A stretch of 64,000 bases of DNA from Patescibacteria group bacterium. Lineage in GTDB: Bacteria; Patescibacteriota; Patescibacteriia; UBA10025; JBIOWE01. Location of the stretch: NCBI GenBank assembly GCA_044868145.1, contig JBIOWE010000006.1, positions 14,558 to 78,557 on the forward strand, read 5' to 3'. Below are positions 19,199-28,003 of the stretch, piece after piece. Within the stretch, counting starts at the first letter, position 1, and each line of letters begins with the position of its first letter. A model generated the notes under the pieces. The model saw nothing but the letters and a program-made list of their open reading frames with translations. It made no database searches and had not been told where the DNA came from. The position numbers and the translations under genes are program-made.

Positions 19199-19732
19199 GT
19201 GCCGGAAATCAAAGAAATTGTGCGGGGATTATTGTATATTTTGAAAAAAGCCGAAGGAGATTCCAGCTGTTTTACGCGTCCGGTCTCGGTCACCGCGCTG
19301 CATCATTATCATATCCCGAGCCAACTCTCGCAGGTGCCAAAAATCGTTAGCCGTATGATAAAAGAGCTGACCGGCCTTGGTTTTGATAAGAAGTGGGTAG
19401 CCGATTGTACCAGCGCAGCTACGGAAGCAATAAGCAATGCGATTGAACATGGAAATCGGCTTGACGCTTCAAAAAAGGTAGAAATCGTTACCATACTTTT
19501 GGAAGCGCCAGAGGGTCGCTACTACTATATGTTTATTCAGGATGAAGGCACGGATCGTCATTTCTCTTTTAAGCGGACGCCGGAGTTTGAGGAATCTGTA
19601 AGAAGCTTGGCGAAACGCGGTAGGGGGTTGGCGCTCATAGCCGCATTCGTGGATATCGCACTTTTCGTACGCGGAAAAGGAACAGGCGTTATTTTAATGA
19701 AAAAGGCACCAACGCCAAAAAAGCCCAGGTAA
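19199..19732 (+). CDS. Anti-sigma regulatory factor-like Ser/Thr kinase (GHKL ATPase, RsbW/SpoIIAB-like)
   Basis: NAIEHGN N-box, DEGTD G1-like motif, GRGLALI G2-like motif. GTG start with an AAGGAGG RBS. No STAS partner is adjacent. Confidence 0.55.
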   Translation: MPEIKEIVRGLLYILKKAEGDSSCFTRPVSVTALHHYHIPSQLSQVPKIVSRMIKELTGLGFDKKWVADCTSAATEAISNAIEHGNRLDASKKVEIVTILLEAPEGRYYYMFIQDEGTDRHFSFKRTPEFEESVRSLAKRGRGLALIAAFVDIALFVRGKGTGVILMKKAPTPKKPR

Positions 19733-19755
19733 TTTGCTTCTGGGCTTTTTTATTG
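19720..19755 (+). terminator. Rho-independent terminator
   Basis: AGCCCAG...CTGGGCT hairpin followed by TTTTTT. Confidence 0.6.
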
Positions 19756-19903
19756 GGTTGCCCCGCCCACTTTTCAGAAAATCTTTCTGTTACAAAACAA
19801 TAGTTCTTTCAGAAAATCCACGAAAAAAATAATCGGGTATTGATGAAAAGTGAGCGGGTTGACACATTTTATTATTCTGGTATCATATGGGGGAAGTATC
19901 TTT

Positions 19904-20518
19904 ATGCCATCAACAATGAAAAAAGGGAAAATTGTCCGTCGCTTTGGCGAGAATATTTTTGATTCGGAAAAATACAACAAGGTACTGACTCGACGGAGTT
20001 ATCCCCCGGGTCAGCACGGGCCAAAAGGCAGCGGACGACGTTCGGAATACGGTGAGCAGCTTATGATGAAGCAAAAGCTGCGCCTTATGTATGGGTTGCG
20101 TGAGCGACAGTTTCGCCATGCGTTCGAGCGCGCTTTGCAGATGTCGGGCAACACGGGCGAGAATTTACTGCGACTCCTGGAAGCACGCCTCGATAATGTC
20201 GTACACAGACTGCGCATCGCTTCGACAAAATCGCAAGCGCGCCAGCTTGTTTCGCACGGTCATTTTTTACTGAACGGTCGGCGCGTTGACGTACCGTCCA
20301 TTCTCGTGAAATCAGGCGACACAATCACTATTCGTCCAAAAAGCGGTACGTCGAAATACTTTCAGGAAGGGTTGAAGAAGATCGAAATCAAGCAAATTCC
20401 TGCGTGGCTTTCATGGGATCCGGCAAAGCAAGAGGCGAAGGTGGTCTCTGCTCCTGAAATAGAAAACGTACAAAAGAGCGTTGACGCAAGTCTCGTCGTA
20501 GAGTTCTATTCCCGATAG
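19904..20518 (+). CDS. rpsD: 30S ribosomal protein S4
   Basis: S4 N-terminus without zinc finger, plus the S4 RNA-binding domain (LLRLLEARLDNVVHRL...QLVSHGHFLLNGRRV). ATG 19904 is 8 nt after GGGGGAAG. Confidence 0.85.
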   Translation: MPSTMKKGKIVRRFGENIFDSEKYNKVLTRRSYPPGQHGPKGSGRRSEYGEQLMMKQKLRLMYGLRERQFRHAFERALQMSGNTGENLLRLLEARLDNVVHRLRIASTKSQARQLVSHGHFLLNGRRVDVPSILVKSGDTITIRPKSGTSKYFQEGLKKIEIKQIPAWLSWDPAKQEAKVVSAPEIENVQKSVDASLVVEFYSR

Positions 20519-20622
20519 AGCAACTCCTTTTATTCGTTTCGGCAGAGTAAACACTCTGTTTTTTTGTTTACAAAATGTGAAAAATATGATATAATCTATC
20601 CGGTTGCTGATAAAAACCGACT

Positions 20623-21012
20623 ATGACGCAAAACGTTTTTGTTTCATCGCTTCGTTATATTCTGATTGAAGTCATCGGCGATATTTTTTATTTTCCTGTG
20701 TGGTGGTATTCGGCCGGACTCGTGCGCGCGGGTCGATATTGTATTCGAACATTTCAAACTCGGATCCGCAACATTGCTCTGGGCCTCTGGTTGCGGAGTA
20801 TGTTCAAGCCCATGTTCGGAGATTACAGTCGTCAAGGCAGATTAATCAGCATTTTCATGCGTCTCGTCGTATTAATCTATAAGCTCGCGCTGACCGTGTT
20901 TGCGCTTTTCTACTCGCTGCTCCTGTTTCTGCTTTGGGTGATCTTACCAATCGTTATTGCCTGGTATCTGCTCTTTCAGGTGTTCGGGCTCCCCTTACCA
21001 TTTTCTCGATAA
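20623..21012 (+). CDS. Hypothetical membrane protein
   Basis: Three to four predicted TM helices. It overlaps the upstream extension of the next ORF. Confidence 0.35.
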   Translation: MTQNVFVSSLRYILIEVIGDIFYFPVWWYSAGLVRAGRYCIRTFQTRIRNIALGLWLRSMFKPMFGDYSRQGRLISIFMRLVVLIYKLALTVFALFYSLLLFLLWVILPIVIAWYLLFQVFGLPLPFSR

Positions 21013-21020
21013 ACGCATCA

Positions 21021-23777
21021 ATGGCTACGGAATCCGCTCAACGTTTCGTCTACATTCCATGTTCGCTTTGCCATGGCAGCGGTGTGCAAGCCGGTCAGTC
21101 GTGCCCACAATGCAATGGCCGCGGGGCCTATCTTTGGCTCGAGAACGAATTTTTTTATTGGGGCAGAGTTATTGACACCTTTCACATTTTTGAACGTGAA
21201 CTTGAGCAAACGACCCGATTAATCCTGAACGGTTTTTTGCTGCTCTTCGGCATTCTCGGGATCGCTGCGCTCGTCCTTGCCGTGCTCCAGTCGATGACGC
21301 AGGCCGGCGACCCGTTCGCCGCGTTCACGTCCCGTTCGCCGCTCATGAGTCTTTTTGCGATCAGTCTTGTGGCGGACTTGTATGTCTATTACCGTTTTCA
21401 GCGGCAGTCATTTTTGCAGAAAACCGTCAAAGGGAAATCGTACGAATCGCCTGTCACAGATCTTCCCGTTGAAGAACTCTTTAGCCAGGCGGTGGCGCAA
21501 GGCAAACGCGCAAACGACGTTTCCTTGGCCTATAGCCAGGAAGCGCATCGCATGGTGGAACAGGCATGGCAACTCGCCAGGCGCCTGAAGCACGGCTCGG
21601 TTGAACCGTTGCATTTGTTCGGGACCCTGCTCGCCAATCAAAAATCGCGCGTGATCCTCGCGCGACTGGGCGTTGACGTTCGCATCCTCACTGACAAGAT
21701 ATCCCGCGTCCTTGAACGCGCGCCAATTGTTGAAGGAACTCCCGTGTTCTCTCCGGCACTGCGTACAATTCTTCTCGCTGCATATAAGGAAGCGTCCATG
21801 ACTCGTCAGCGTACCGTTGACGCGCCGCAACTGTTTGCGGCAATCGTGGAGCATGACCAACACTCGCGGAATATTCTCTATGACATGGAAATTGAGTATG
21901 ATGACGTGCGGAACGTTGTTGAATGGATTAATATCCAACAGCGCTTTTCCGCGCGTTGGCGCTCGTGGCAATCGAAGGCGCGCCACAAACCAAAAGGTGT
22001 GGTGGATCGCGCGATGACCGCGGTGGCCACGCCGCTTTTGGACAAGTTCAGCCGGGACCTCACTTTGCTGGCGCGGTCGGGCGTGTTGCCGCCGGCGCTT
22101 GGGCGCGAGAACGAAATTGAAGCGGTGTTCCGGACGCTCGAAAGCGGCAAGAATGCGCTTTTGGTCGGTAATCCCGGCGTGGGAAAAACGAGCATTGTGG
22201 AAGGCATCGCGGAATTGATGACGAGCGAAGAAGTTCCGCCGTTTTTGCAAGACAAGAGATTTGTGAGCATTTCCATCGCGTCGCTCGTCGGCGCTTCTGG
22301 CAGACAGGGCGAGCTCGAAGGACGGCTGACCGACATTATGAACGAGATTACGCGCGCTGGGAACATTGTGGTTTTTATCGATGGTATTGAAAAAATGATT
22401 GGTATTTCCACAGAGGGCGCGCAAAATCTTGATGTGGCCGATATTTTTGGCCAAGCGCTGCAACGCAAGCTTTTTTGGTGCATCGCGACCACCACACCGC
22501 CAGACTTCCGCCGTTACGTCGAGCACTCATCCTTGCTCGAGGTGTTTGCGCCGGTTATCGTTGACGAACCCAATACCAACGACACGATTCTCGTTCTTGA
22601 AGGAAAGGCAGGCCCTATCGAAGTGAAACATCTCGTGTATTTTTCGTATAGCGCCATTGAAAAAATCGTGGAAATGTCTCAACGCTACATTCATGACCGA
22701 TTCTTGCCGGAAAAAGCGATAAGCTTGCTTGAGGAAGTGGCGGTGTACGCCAGAAAAAAACACGGGAAGCATTCAATCGTTCGTGGAGACGAAGTGGCGG
22801 AGGTCGTTGCGCAAAGAACGCATATTCCTGTCACGCGCGTCACCCAGCAAGAGGGTGAGCGCTTGATGAATCTTGAAAAGCGCATTCACGAGCGAATGGT
22901 TGACCAGGAAGAAGCGGTGGGCGCTGTGGCAACCGCGCTGCGGCGCGCGCGCGCGGAATTGCGTGACGTACGGCGGCCAATCGTGAACCTCTTGTTTCTC
23001 GGGCCAACCGGCGTGGGAAAAACAGAACTCGCGAAAACCGTGGCAGAAGTGTACTTCGGTTCGGAAAATACCATGATCCGTCTCGACATGTCCGAATATC
23101 AAGAAAAGTCATCTATTAACCGGCTGATTGGCGCGCCGCCGGGCTACCGGGGCGAAGGGGAAGGCGGCTTTCTTACTGATGCCGTTCGCGCGAATCCGTT
23201 TTCGCTTGTGCTCCTCGACGAAATTGAAAAAGCGCATCCGGATATTCTCAACATTTTTTTACAGGTTATGGACGACGGGCGATTGACGGACACGCTTGGC
23301 CGAACTATTGATTTTACGAACGTGATATTGATTGGTACCTCAAACGCTGGCACGCCGCTCATCATGCAGCGCGTGCGCGAAGGCGTGCCCATGGAACGCA
23401 TCAAACGAGAACTGCTGGAAGAAGCACTCGGTCAATATTTCCGGCCGGAGTTCCTGAACCGGTTTGACCACGTCGTCGTGTTTAAACCGCTTGGTATGGA
23501 AGAGGTGGTGAAGATTACGGAATTGCTTCTCAAGCAGGTCGCGGCAAATCTGCAACCGAAAGGCATTACGTTTCGCGCTTCCAAAGAAGCGATCGCAGAA
23601 CTCGCGCAGGTTGGATTTGATCCAGTGTTTGGCGCGCGTCCGCTCCGTCGCGCAATCCAGGAGCGGGTGGATAACGCACTCGCGAACTATCTTTTGCAGG
23701 GAAGAATAGGCCGTCGAGATATTGCGATTCTTGATGTCGGCGGCGCGATTCGCGTGGAAAAAGCGGAACAACTGTAA
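21021..23777 (+). CDS. Membrane-anchored Clp/Hsp100-type AAA+ ATPase (ClpA/C/B-like) with N-terminal zinc ribbon
   Basis: CSLCHGSG...CPQCNGRG zinc ribbon, one TM helix and a Clp_N-like repeat. NBD1 has GNPGVGKTS but Walker B reads FIDGIEK (Glu replaced by Gly). NBD2 is canonical (GPTGVGKTELAK, LLDEIEKAHPD). I saw no ClpP-docking loop. Confidence 0.8.
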   Translation: MATESAQRFVYIPCSLCHGSGVQAGQSCPQCNGRGAYLWLENEFFYWGRVIDTFHIFERELEQTTRLILNGFLLLFGILGIAALVLAVLQSMTQAGDPFAAFTSRSPLMSLFAISLVADLYVYYRFQRQSFLQKTVKGKSYESPVTDLPVEELFSQAVAQGKRANDVSLAYSQEAHRMVEQAWQLARRLKHGSVEPLHLFGTLLANQKSRVILARLGVDVRILTDKISRVLERAPIVEGTPVFSPALRTILLAAYKEASMTRQRTVDAPQLFAAIVEHDQHSRNILYDMEIEYDDVRNVVEWINIQQRFSARWRSWQSKARHKPKGVVDRAMTAVATPLLDKFSRDLTLLARSGVLPPALGRENEIEAVFRTLESGKNALLVGNPGVGKTSIVEGIAELMTSEEVPPFLQDKRFVSISIASLVGASGRQGELEGRLTDIMNEITRAGNIVVFIDGIEKMIGISTEGAQNLDVADIFGQALQRKLFWCIATTTPPDFRRYVEHSSLLEVFAPVIVDEPNTNDTILVLEGKAGPIEVKHLVYFSYSAIEKIVEMSQRYIHDRFLPEKAISLLEEVAVYARKKHGKHSIVRGDEVAEVVAQRTHIPVTRVTQQEGERLMNLEKRIHERMVDQEEAVGAVATALRRARAELRDVRRPIVNLLFLGPTGVGKTELAKTVAEVYFGSENTMIRLDMSEYQEKSSINRLIGAPPGYRGEGEGGFLTDAVRANPFSLVLLDEIEKAHPDILNIFLQVMDDGRLTDTLGRTIDFTNVILIGTSNAGTPLIMQRVREGVPMERIKRELLEEALGQYFRPEFLNRFDHVVVFKPLGMEEVVKITELLLKQVAANLQPKGITFRASKEAIAELAQVGFDPVFGARPLRRAIQERVDNALANYLLQGRIGRRDIAILDVGGAIRVEKAEQL

Positions 23778-23822
23778 ACAAAAAAAACAATGCTTGCGTA
23801 TCCGTGGCATCGTTGTTTTGTC

Positions 23823-24206
23823 TTAGGTCGAGACGTTACGCACCGAGTTGAAAACGAAGAGGAAGATCGACCAAGCGAGTAAGACAATGACGAGCCCAAT
23901 AACGGCCCCGCGGAGGATCTCCTTGGCTTTGCGGATGCGATCTTCGTTTCCGGCCGCGGTCATCCATACGAGTCCTCCGTAGACAATCAACACGACTGCC
24001 ACGAGTCCGAGCAGGCCAAGCACCCACTGTAGGAAGTTAATTGAGGTGCTCTGCAGGTCATTAGCTGGTAAATTGAGCTTTGCTCGAATCGAACCTCCGG
24101 GGTCGAATTCAATCGCTTGTGCGACGTATGTCGAATGGAATATGAGCACGCCAAAAGTCGTGAGCGACAGGAGAGTGCGGTTGATGGATCGTTGCATTTT
24201 TTGCAT
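23823..24206 (-). CDS. Small secreted/membrane protein with a signal peptide and two C-terminal hydrophobic helices (pilin/VirB2-like topology; tentative)
   Basis: The internal ATG gives MQKMQRSINRTLLSLTTFGVLIF..., with two TM helices separated by AAGNEDRIRKAKEILRG. Confidence 0.35.
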   Translation of the reverse strand: MQKMQRSINRTLLSLTTFGVLIFHSTYVAQAIEFDPGGSIRAKLNLPANDLQSTSINFLQWVLGLLGLVAVVLIVYGGLVWMTAAGNEDRIRKAKEILRGAVIGLVIVLLAWSIFLFVFNSVRNVST

Positions 24207-24309
24207 ATGCCAACTCAAGTATAAGAGAAAGATGCTTGCTTGACAAGATGAGAAGCAGCGGCTTACAATAGCTCCACAAAACAGCAACTTGAAAATAAGG
24301 AGGAGCATC

Positions 24310-25554
24310 ATGAATTCCGCAACAATGATTGGCGGAGGAGAAGAAAAAACTATCCGCTGTACGTTTGAGGGAAAACGTATTGAATGCAAGGCGCGCGTCA
24401 ACCTGCTCGAGACGTGGATTGCAGTGGTTACGGAGGGTCCCCAGATCGGCATGCTTGGTTTGCCCATTTGGGAAGACGAGGCGAAACTCGTTTCGTCATC
24501 CGGGGAAATTCCAGATATCGAATGGACGAGCGATAAGGTTCATTATGTACTGTATCGTTCGCTCTATTACGCGCTGCGAAACGTTATGCAAATTTTTCAA
24601 AAGTACCATCTTGCTGTCCATGTGGGTGAGCATGCCGCTATGCAGGAAGCGCTGACCGCTTCTCGAGAGCTCAATCAAATCTTTTTGGGAGTTCGCAAGG
24701 ATAACGAAAAAGAATTTGAAGCGTTGCTCGCCGGGAAGATTCAGTCGATGCTTGGCCGATTAAGCCCGCGCCCGAAGAATCTGTATAAAAAGGAAGGACA
24801 GATGTATCTTGGTGAGTTGCGCACGGCTCGTGATCGCTTGGGCAGAGTGAATCAGAGTGCCAAAATGGCTATATCGAAGGCAGCCGAACGTCGCTTCAGT
24901 ATGCGTGACGAGCAAATTTGCTTTACTATGCCCGTGCTCGCCGAGCGTCAGAAAGCGCTCGAGATTCTTCGCGATCTTATTGCGCTGCGTTTTTCTTCGG
25001 CAAAAGAATTCCTTGAGAATCTATTGGAAGAATCCAATTATCAGAAACTCTTCGGGAATCCTGTGCAACGGGTGAACGTAGGCGCAAGACTTTATAGCCT
25101 TGCGCAAGATATTGCCGCCATTGATATTCAGCCGTATACGTTTACAGCAGCGATGGTCGCAAAGGAATTTCAGCAGGCACAGCAGCTGCTTTTGAAGAAT
25201 CAGCCATGGAAAGCACGCGAAATTCTTGATATCAGTTTACGATCGCTACGCTTGAAAGCCGCACAACAGCGCATCGAAGATCTTATCACGGATATAACGA
25301 TCAGAGACGACGGTACGTTGGATAAGCGTAGCCTCGACGCCAGGATTAAGGATGTGTACTTGGATCTCAAGAACATTCCTGAGGCAGGGTTCGTCATATC
25401 TACGAAGGAGGGGATTCTCGTTTTTCTTGAGACAGCTCAAGCGTTTTTGCAAGCGGGCAGTATGAAGCAATGCCGCGCCGCCCTCAAAGAAGCTTCCAAT
25501 GTGATGCAAGCGCTGCCGCAAGGGGCACTGCACATTTCAAACACCACTCAATAA
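24310..25554 (+). CDS. Hypothetical protein (largely helical)
   Basis: ATG 24310 with an AAGGAGGAG RBS. No recognisable motif. The terminator hairpin at 25538-25573 overlaps its end. Confidence 0.4.
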   Translation: MNSATMIGGGEEKTIRCTFEGKRIECKARVNLLETWIAVVTEGPQIGMLGLPIWEDEAKLVSSSGEIPDIEWTSDKVHYVLYRSLYYALRNVMQIFQKYHLAVHVGEHAAMQEALTASRELNQIFLGVRKDNEKEFEALLAGKIQSMLGRLSPRPKNLYKKEGQMYLGELRTARDRLGRVNQSAKMAISKAAERRFSMRDEQICFTMPVLAERQKALEILRDLIALRFSSAKEFLENLLEESNYQKLFGNPVQRVNVGARLYSLAQDIAAIDIQPYTFTAAMVAKEFQQAQQLLLKNQPWKAREILDISLRSLRLKAAQQRIEDLITDITIRDDGTLDKRSLDARIKDVYLDLKNIPEAGFVISTKEGILVFLETAQAFLQAGSMKQCRAALKEASNVMQALPQGALHISNTTQ

Positions 25555-25667
25555 TTTGAGTGGTGTTTTTTTATCTTGACGCCTGATATATTGTTTGTTA
25601 ATGTAACAAGACGGAAAAATAAAGAGCTTTTTGAAAACTTAAGACTAAAAAGGAGGTGACTACTCTT

Positions 25668-26768
25668 TTGAAGAAGCAAAGAAAAAAATGGTCACGCGAG
25701 AAGATCATAGCAAAAATTCAGTTCCGCCGCTCAAAAGGGTGGCCACTGAACTGGCAGTATGTTAGTGATTACTGTCAAGGACTTGTATCTATGGCGCAGC
25801 ACTACTTTGGTAGTTGGCGTTCAGCGATCGAGGTTGCAGGAATAGACTATAAATCGATTTGCGATCATCTCCCACCAAATACATGGACCAAACGAACCAT
25901 CAAGAAAACCATACAAGTTCGTCACAAACTCGGCCTGCCATTAAATGGAGATAATGTCAGAAAAACGCTTCCAGGATTGATGTCAGCAGCAAGGAGAATA
26001 TTTGGTTCATGGAGGAAGACGGTGGAAGCTTCTGGCATTCGTTATGAGAGGGTGCGAGTGTTGACAGCGTGGAATAAAAGGAAGATTATTCTTGCCATCC
26101 AACGGCGGAAGCGACAGCATAAACTATTAAATGTTGGTGCCGTTATAAAAGAAGATCGGAAACTTGTATCCGCAGCTGATTTACATTTTGGTTCTTGGAA
26201 CAAAGCGCTGAAGACCGCCGGATTCAATCCTGACACAATCTACATTCACCGTGTTTGGTCAAAAGAGAAGGTCCTGAGTGTCTTGCGCAAACGAATTCGA
26301 GAAGGTAGGGCAGTCAACAGGCAAGCACTCATAGAAGAGGATATGGGCCTTCAGCAAGCGACTGACAATTACTTTGGAAGCTGGGGAAAGGCTATACGGA
26401 AACTCGGGTATGACCCAAACGCTATGAGAAAACACCATTTTTGGTCAGAGAAAGAAATCCTTCAGAAACTTAGTGTCCTGATAAAAAATGGTGAAGCGAT
26501 AGATACGATAAGTCTGTTCAAGAAAGATCCAAAATTATTCAGCGCAATTCAGGTTCATATGGGAGGGCTCCATAACGCCTTAGCCCGGTTGGGCGTCAGC
26601 TCGGAGAAGCATCTACAATATCGTGTCCCCCTAAACAAGTGGGTTCGGAACTTGAATAAAAAAGAGATGCAAGAACTCACTGGGCAAACCTTAAGAATGA
26701 TTCACTTGGAGCGTTCCTCTACACCTATTTCTCAAAGGAGGAAGGCTGGTATAAAAAAGAAAAGATAG
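25668..26768 (+). CDS. Tandem-repeat DNA-binding protein: five copies of a ~62-aa 'homing-endonuclease-associated' type repeat, no nuclease domain
   Basis: Repeats W-x-K/R-E/K-K-I-I...G-x-P-L-N...V...L..AA...FGSW..A...AGI. TTG start 25668 is inferred by parallel with the paralog: both have AGGAGGTGA...TTTGAAGAAGC upstream. The 25656 GTG lies inside the RBS. Confidence 0.55.
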   Translation: MKKQRKKWSREKIIAKIQFRRSKGWPLNWQYVSDYCQGLVSMAQHYFGSWRSAIEVAGIDYKSICDHLPPNTWTKRTIKKTIQVRHKLGLPLNGDNVRKTLPGLMSAARRIFGSWRKTVEASGIRYERVRVLTAWNKRKIILAIQRRKRQHKLLNVGAVIKEDRKLVSAADLHFGSWNKALKTAGFNPDTIYIHRVWSKEKVLSVLRKRIREGRAVNRQALIEEDMGLQQATDNYFGSWGKAIRKLGYDPNAMRKHHFWSEKEILQKLSVLIKNGEAIDTISLFKKDPKLFSAIQVHMGGLHNALARLGVSSEKHLQYRVPLNKWVRNLNKKEMQELTGQTLRMIHLERSSTPISQRRKAGIKKKR

Positions 26769-26923
26769 TTGTTAAGGATCTTTCAAAACCTCGATGATTA
26801 TATCGGGGTTTTATTTTATTATTGACACTTGACATTTTTTGAGCTAATTGTTAAAGTAGCATGAAATAAAACCTTTAACAGAGTATCTTGACAATCAAAA
26901 AGCACGAAAGGAGGTGATACCCT

Positions 26924-28003
26924 TTGAAGAAGCGAAAGTTACGCCATTGGACACCCGAGAAGATTCTGCGAATAATAGAGTATAGATCTTCAAAGGGGTG
27001 GCCACTGAATGCTAACCATGTACAGGATCATTGCGGCGGATTGTACATAGCTGCTGTGAGGCATCTTGGAAGCTGGCAAAATGCACTCGCAAAGGCCGGT
27101 ATTGATTATCGTAGTGTTTACAAACAGTTCCACGGAATTTGGAATAAAAAGTCTGTAGTTCAGGCAATTAGAAAAAAATATCGAGCCGGAGAACCGATGA
27201 ATTATCAACATGTGCTGGAACACCAAGGATTTCTCCTTTCTGCCGCCATCAAGAAATTCGGTGCGTGGCGTAAAGCGGTGCTCGCCGCTGGTATCTCATA
27301 TCAGGATGTTGCCGTAAAACGTCTTTCCGGTTATTGGAACGAGCGCTCATTTAAGAGGGCAGTTCGGAAAATGTATGAAGAAGGAGAGGCTCTCAATCCA
27401 GGCTACATAATGAAACGCCATGCGGGGATGTTCGGTTTCGCCAATCGCACCTACGGATCATGGAGAAAAGCTCTCTTTGTGATCGGTATCAAGGATTACG
27501 ACAACGTTCTTGTCCTTCAGCAATGGACGAAGGCAAAGGTCATTAAGTGTATTCTAAAAAGGTGGAAAGAAGTTAAGAGCCTTGACCAGAAAGAATTGGA
27601 GAAAGAGGACATGCCATTGTTCGGGGCAGCCCAGAAATATTTCGGCAGTACCGTTCGAGCGCTTCTAGCAGCTGGGCTCGATCCGAATACAGTCAGGACA
27701 CGAAAGCGATGGACCAGGGCAAATATCCTTGCCGAGCTTCGCGACCTTGTCTTCGCTGATCATGAACCTATTGACGCAGGAAGTTTGCTGCGAAGACACC
27801 CCTCATTACTAAGCGCTATTAATAAACATTGCGGGGGGCTTCGCAACGCGTTTGCAATGCTTGGCCTAGAACCAAAAAAGTATCTTTTAGCCGACTTGCC
27901 GATAGAAGACTGGGTGCGATCACTAAGTAACAACGAATTTGCAAGAGTTATCAAAGAAACACAGAAAATGATTGCAATCGAACAAAGAAAGGAGAAAACA
28001 TGA
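26924..28003 (+). CDS. Tandem-repeat DNA-binding protein, paralog of 25668-26768 (five repeats)
   Basis: Same repeat architecture (SSKGWPLNANHVQDHCGGLYIAAVRHLGSWQNALAKAGIDY, etc.). Its stop codon overlaps the next ATG (ATGA). Confidence 0.55.
   Translation: MKKRKLRHWTPEKILRIIEYRSSKGWPLNANHVQDHCGGLYIAAVRHLGSWQNALAKAGIDYRSVYKQFHGIWNKKSVVQAIRKKYRAGEPMNYQHVLEHQGFLLSAAIKKFGAWRKAVLAAGISYQDVAVKRLSGYWNERSFKRAVRKMYEEGEALNPGYIMKRHAGMFGFANRTYGSWRKALFVIGIKDYDNVLVLQQWTKAKVIKCILKRWKEVKSLDQKELEKEDMPLFGAAQKYFGSTVRALLAAGLDPNTVRTRKRWTRANILAELRDLVFADHEPIDAGSLLRRHPSLLSAINKHCGGLRNAFAMLGLEPKKYLLADLPIEDWVRSLSNNEFARVIKETQKMIAIEQRKEKT

Noticed and set aside
21408-22526. 372-aa antisense ORF (and several 60-200-aa ORFs) inside the Clp ATPase gene
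   Set aside because: It is opposite a strongly supported, motif-rich CDS. Its Arg/Ala-rich composition is typical of antisense frames in GC-rich coding DNA.
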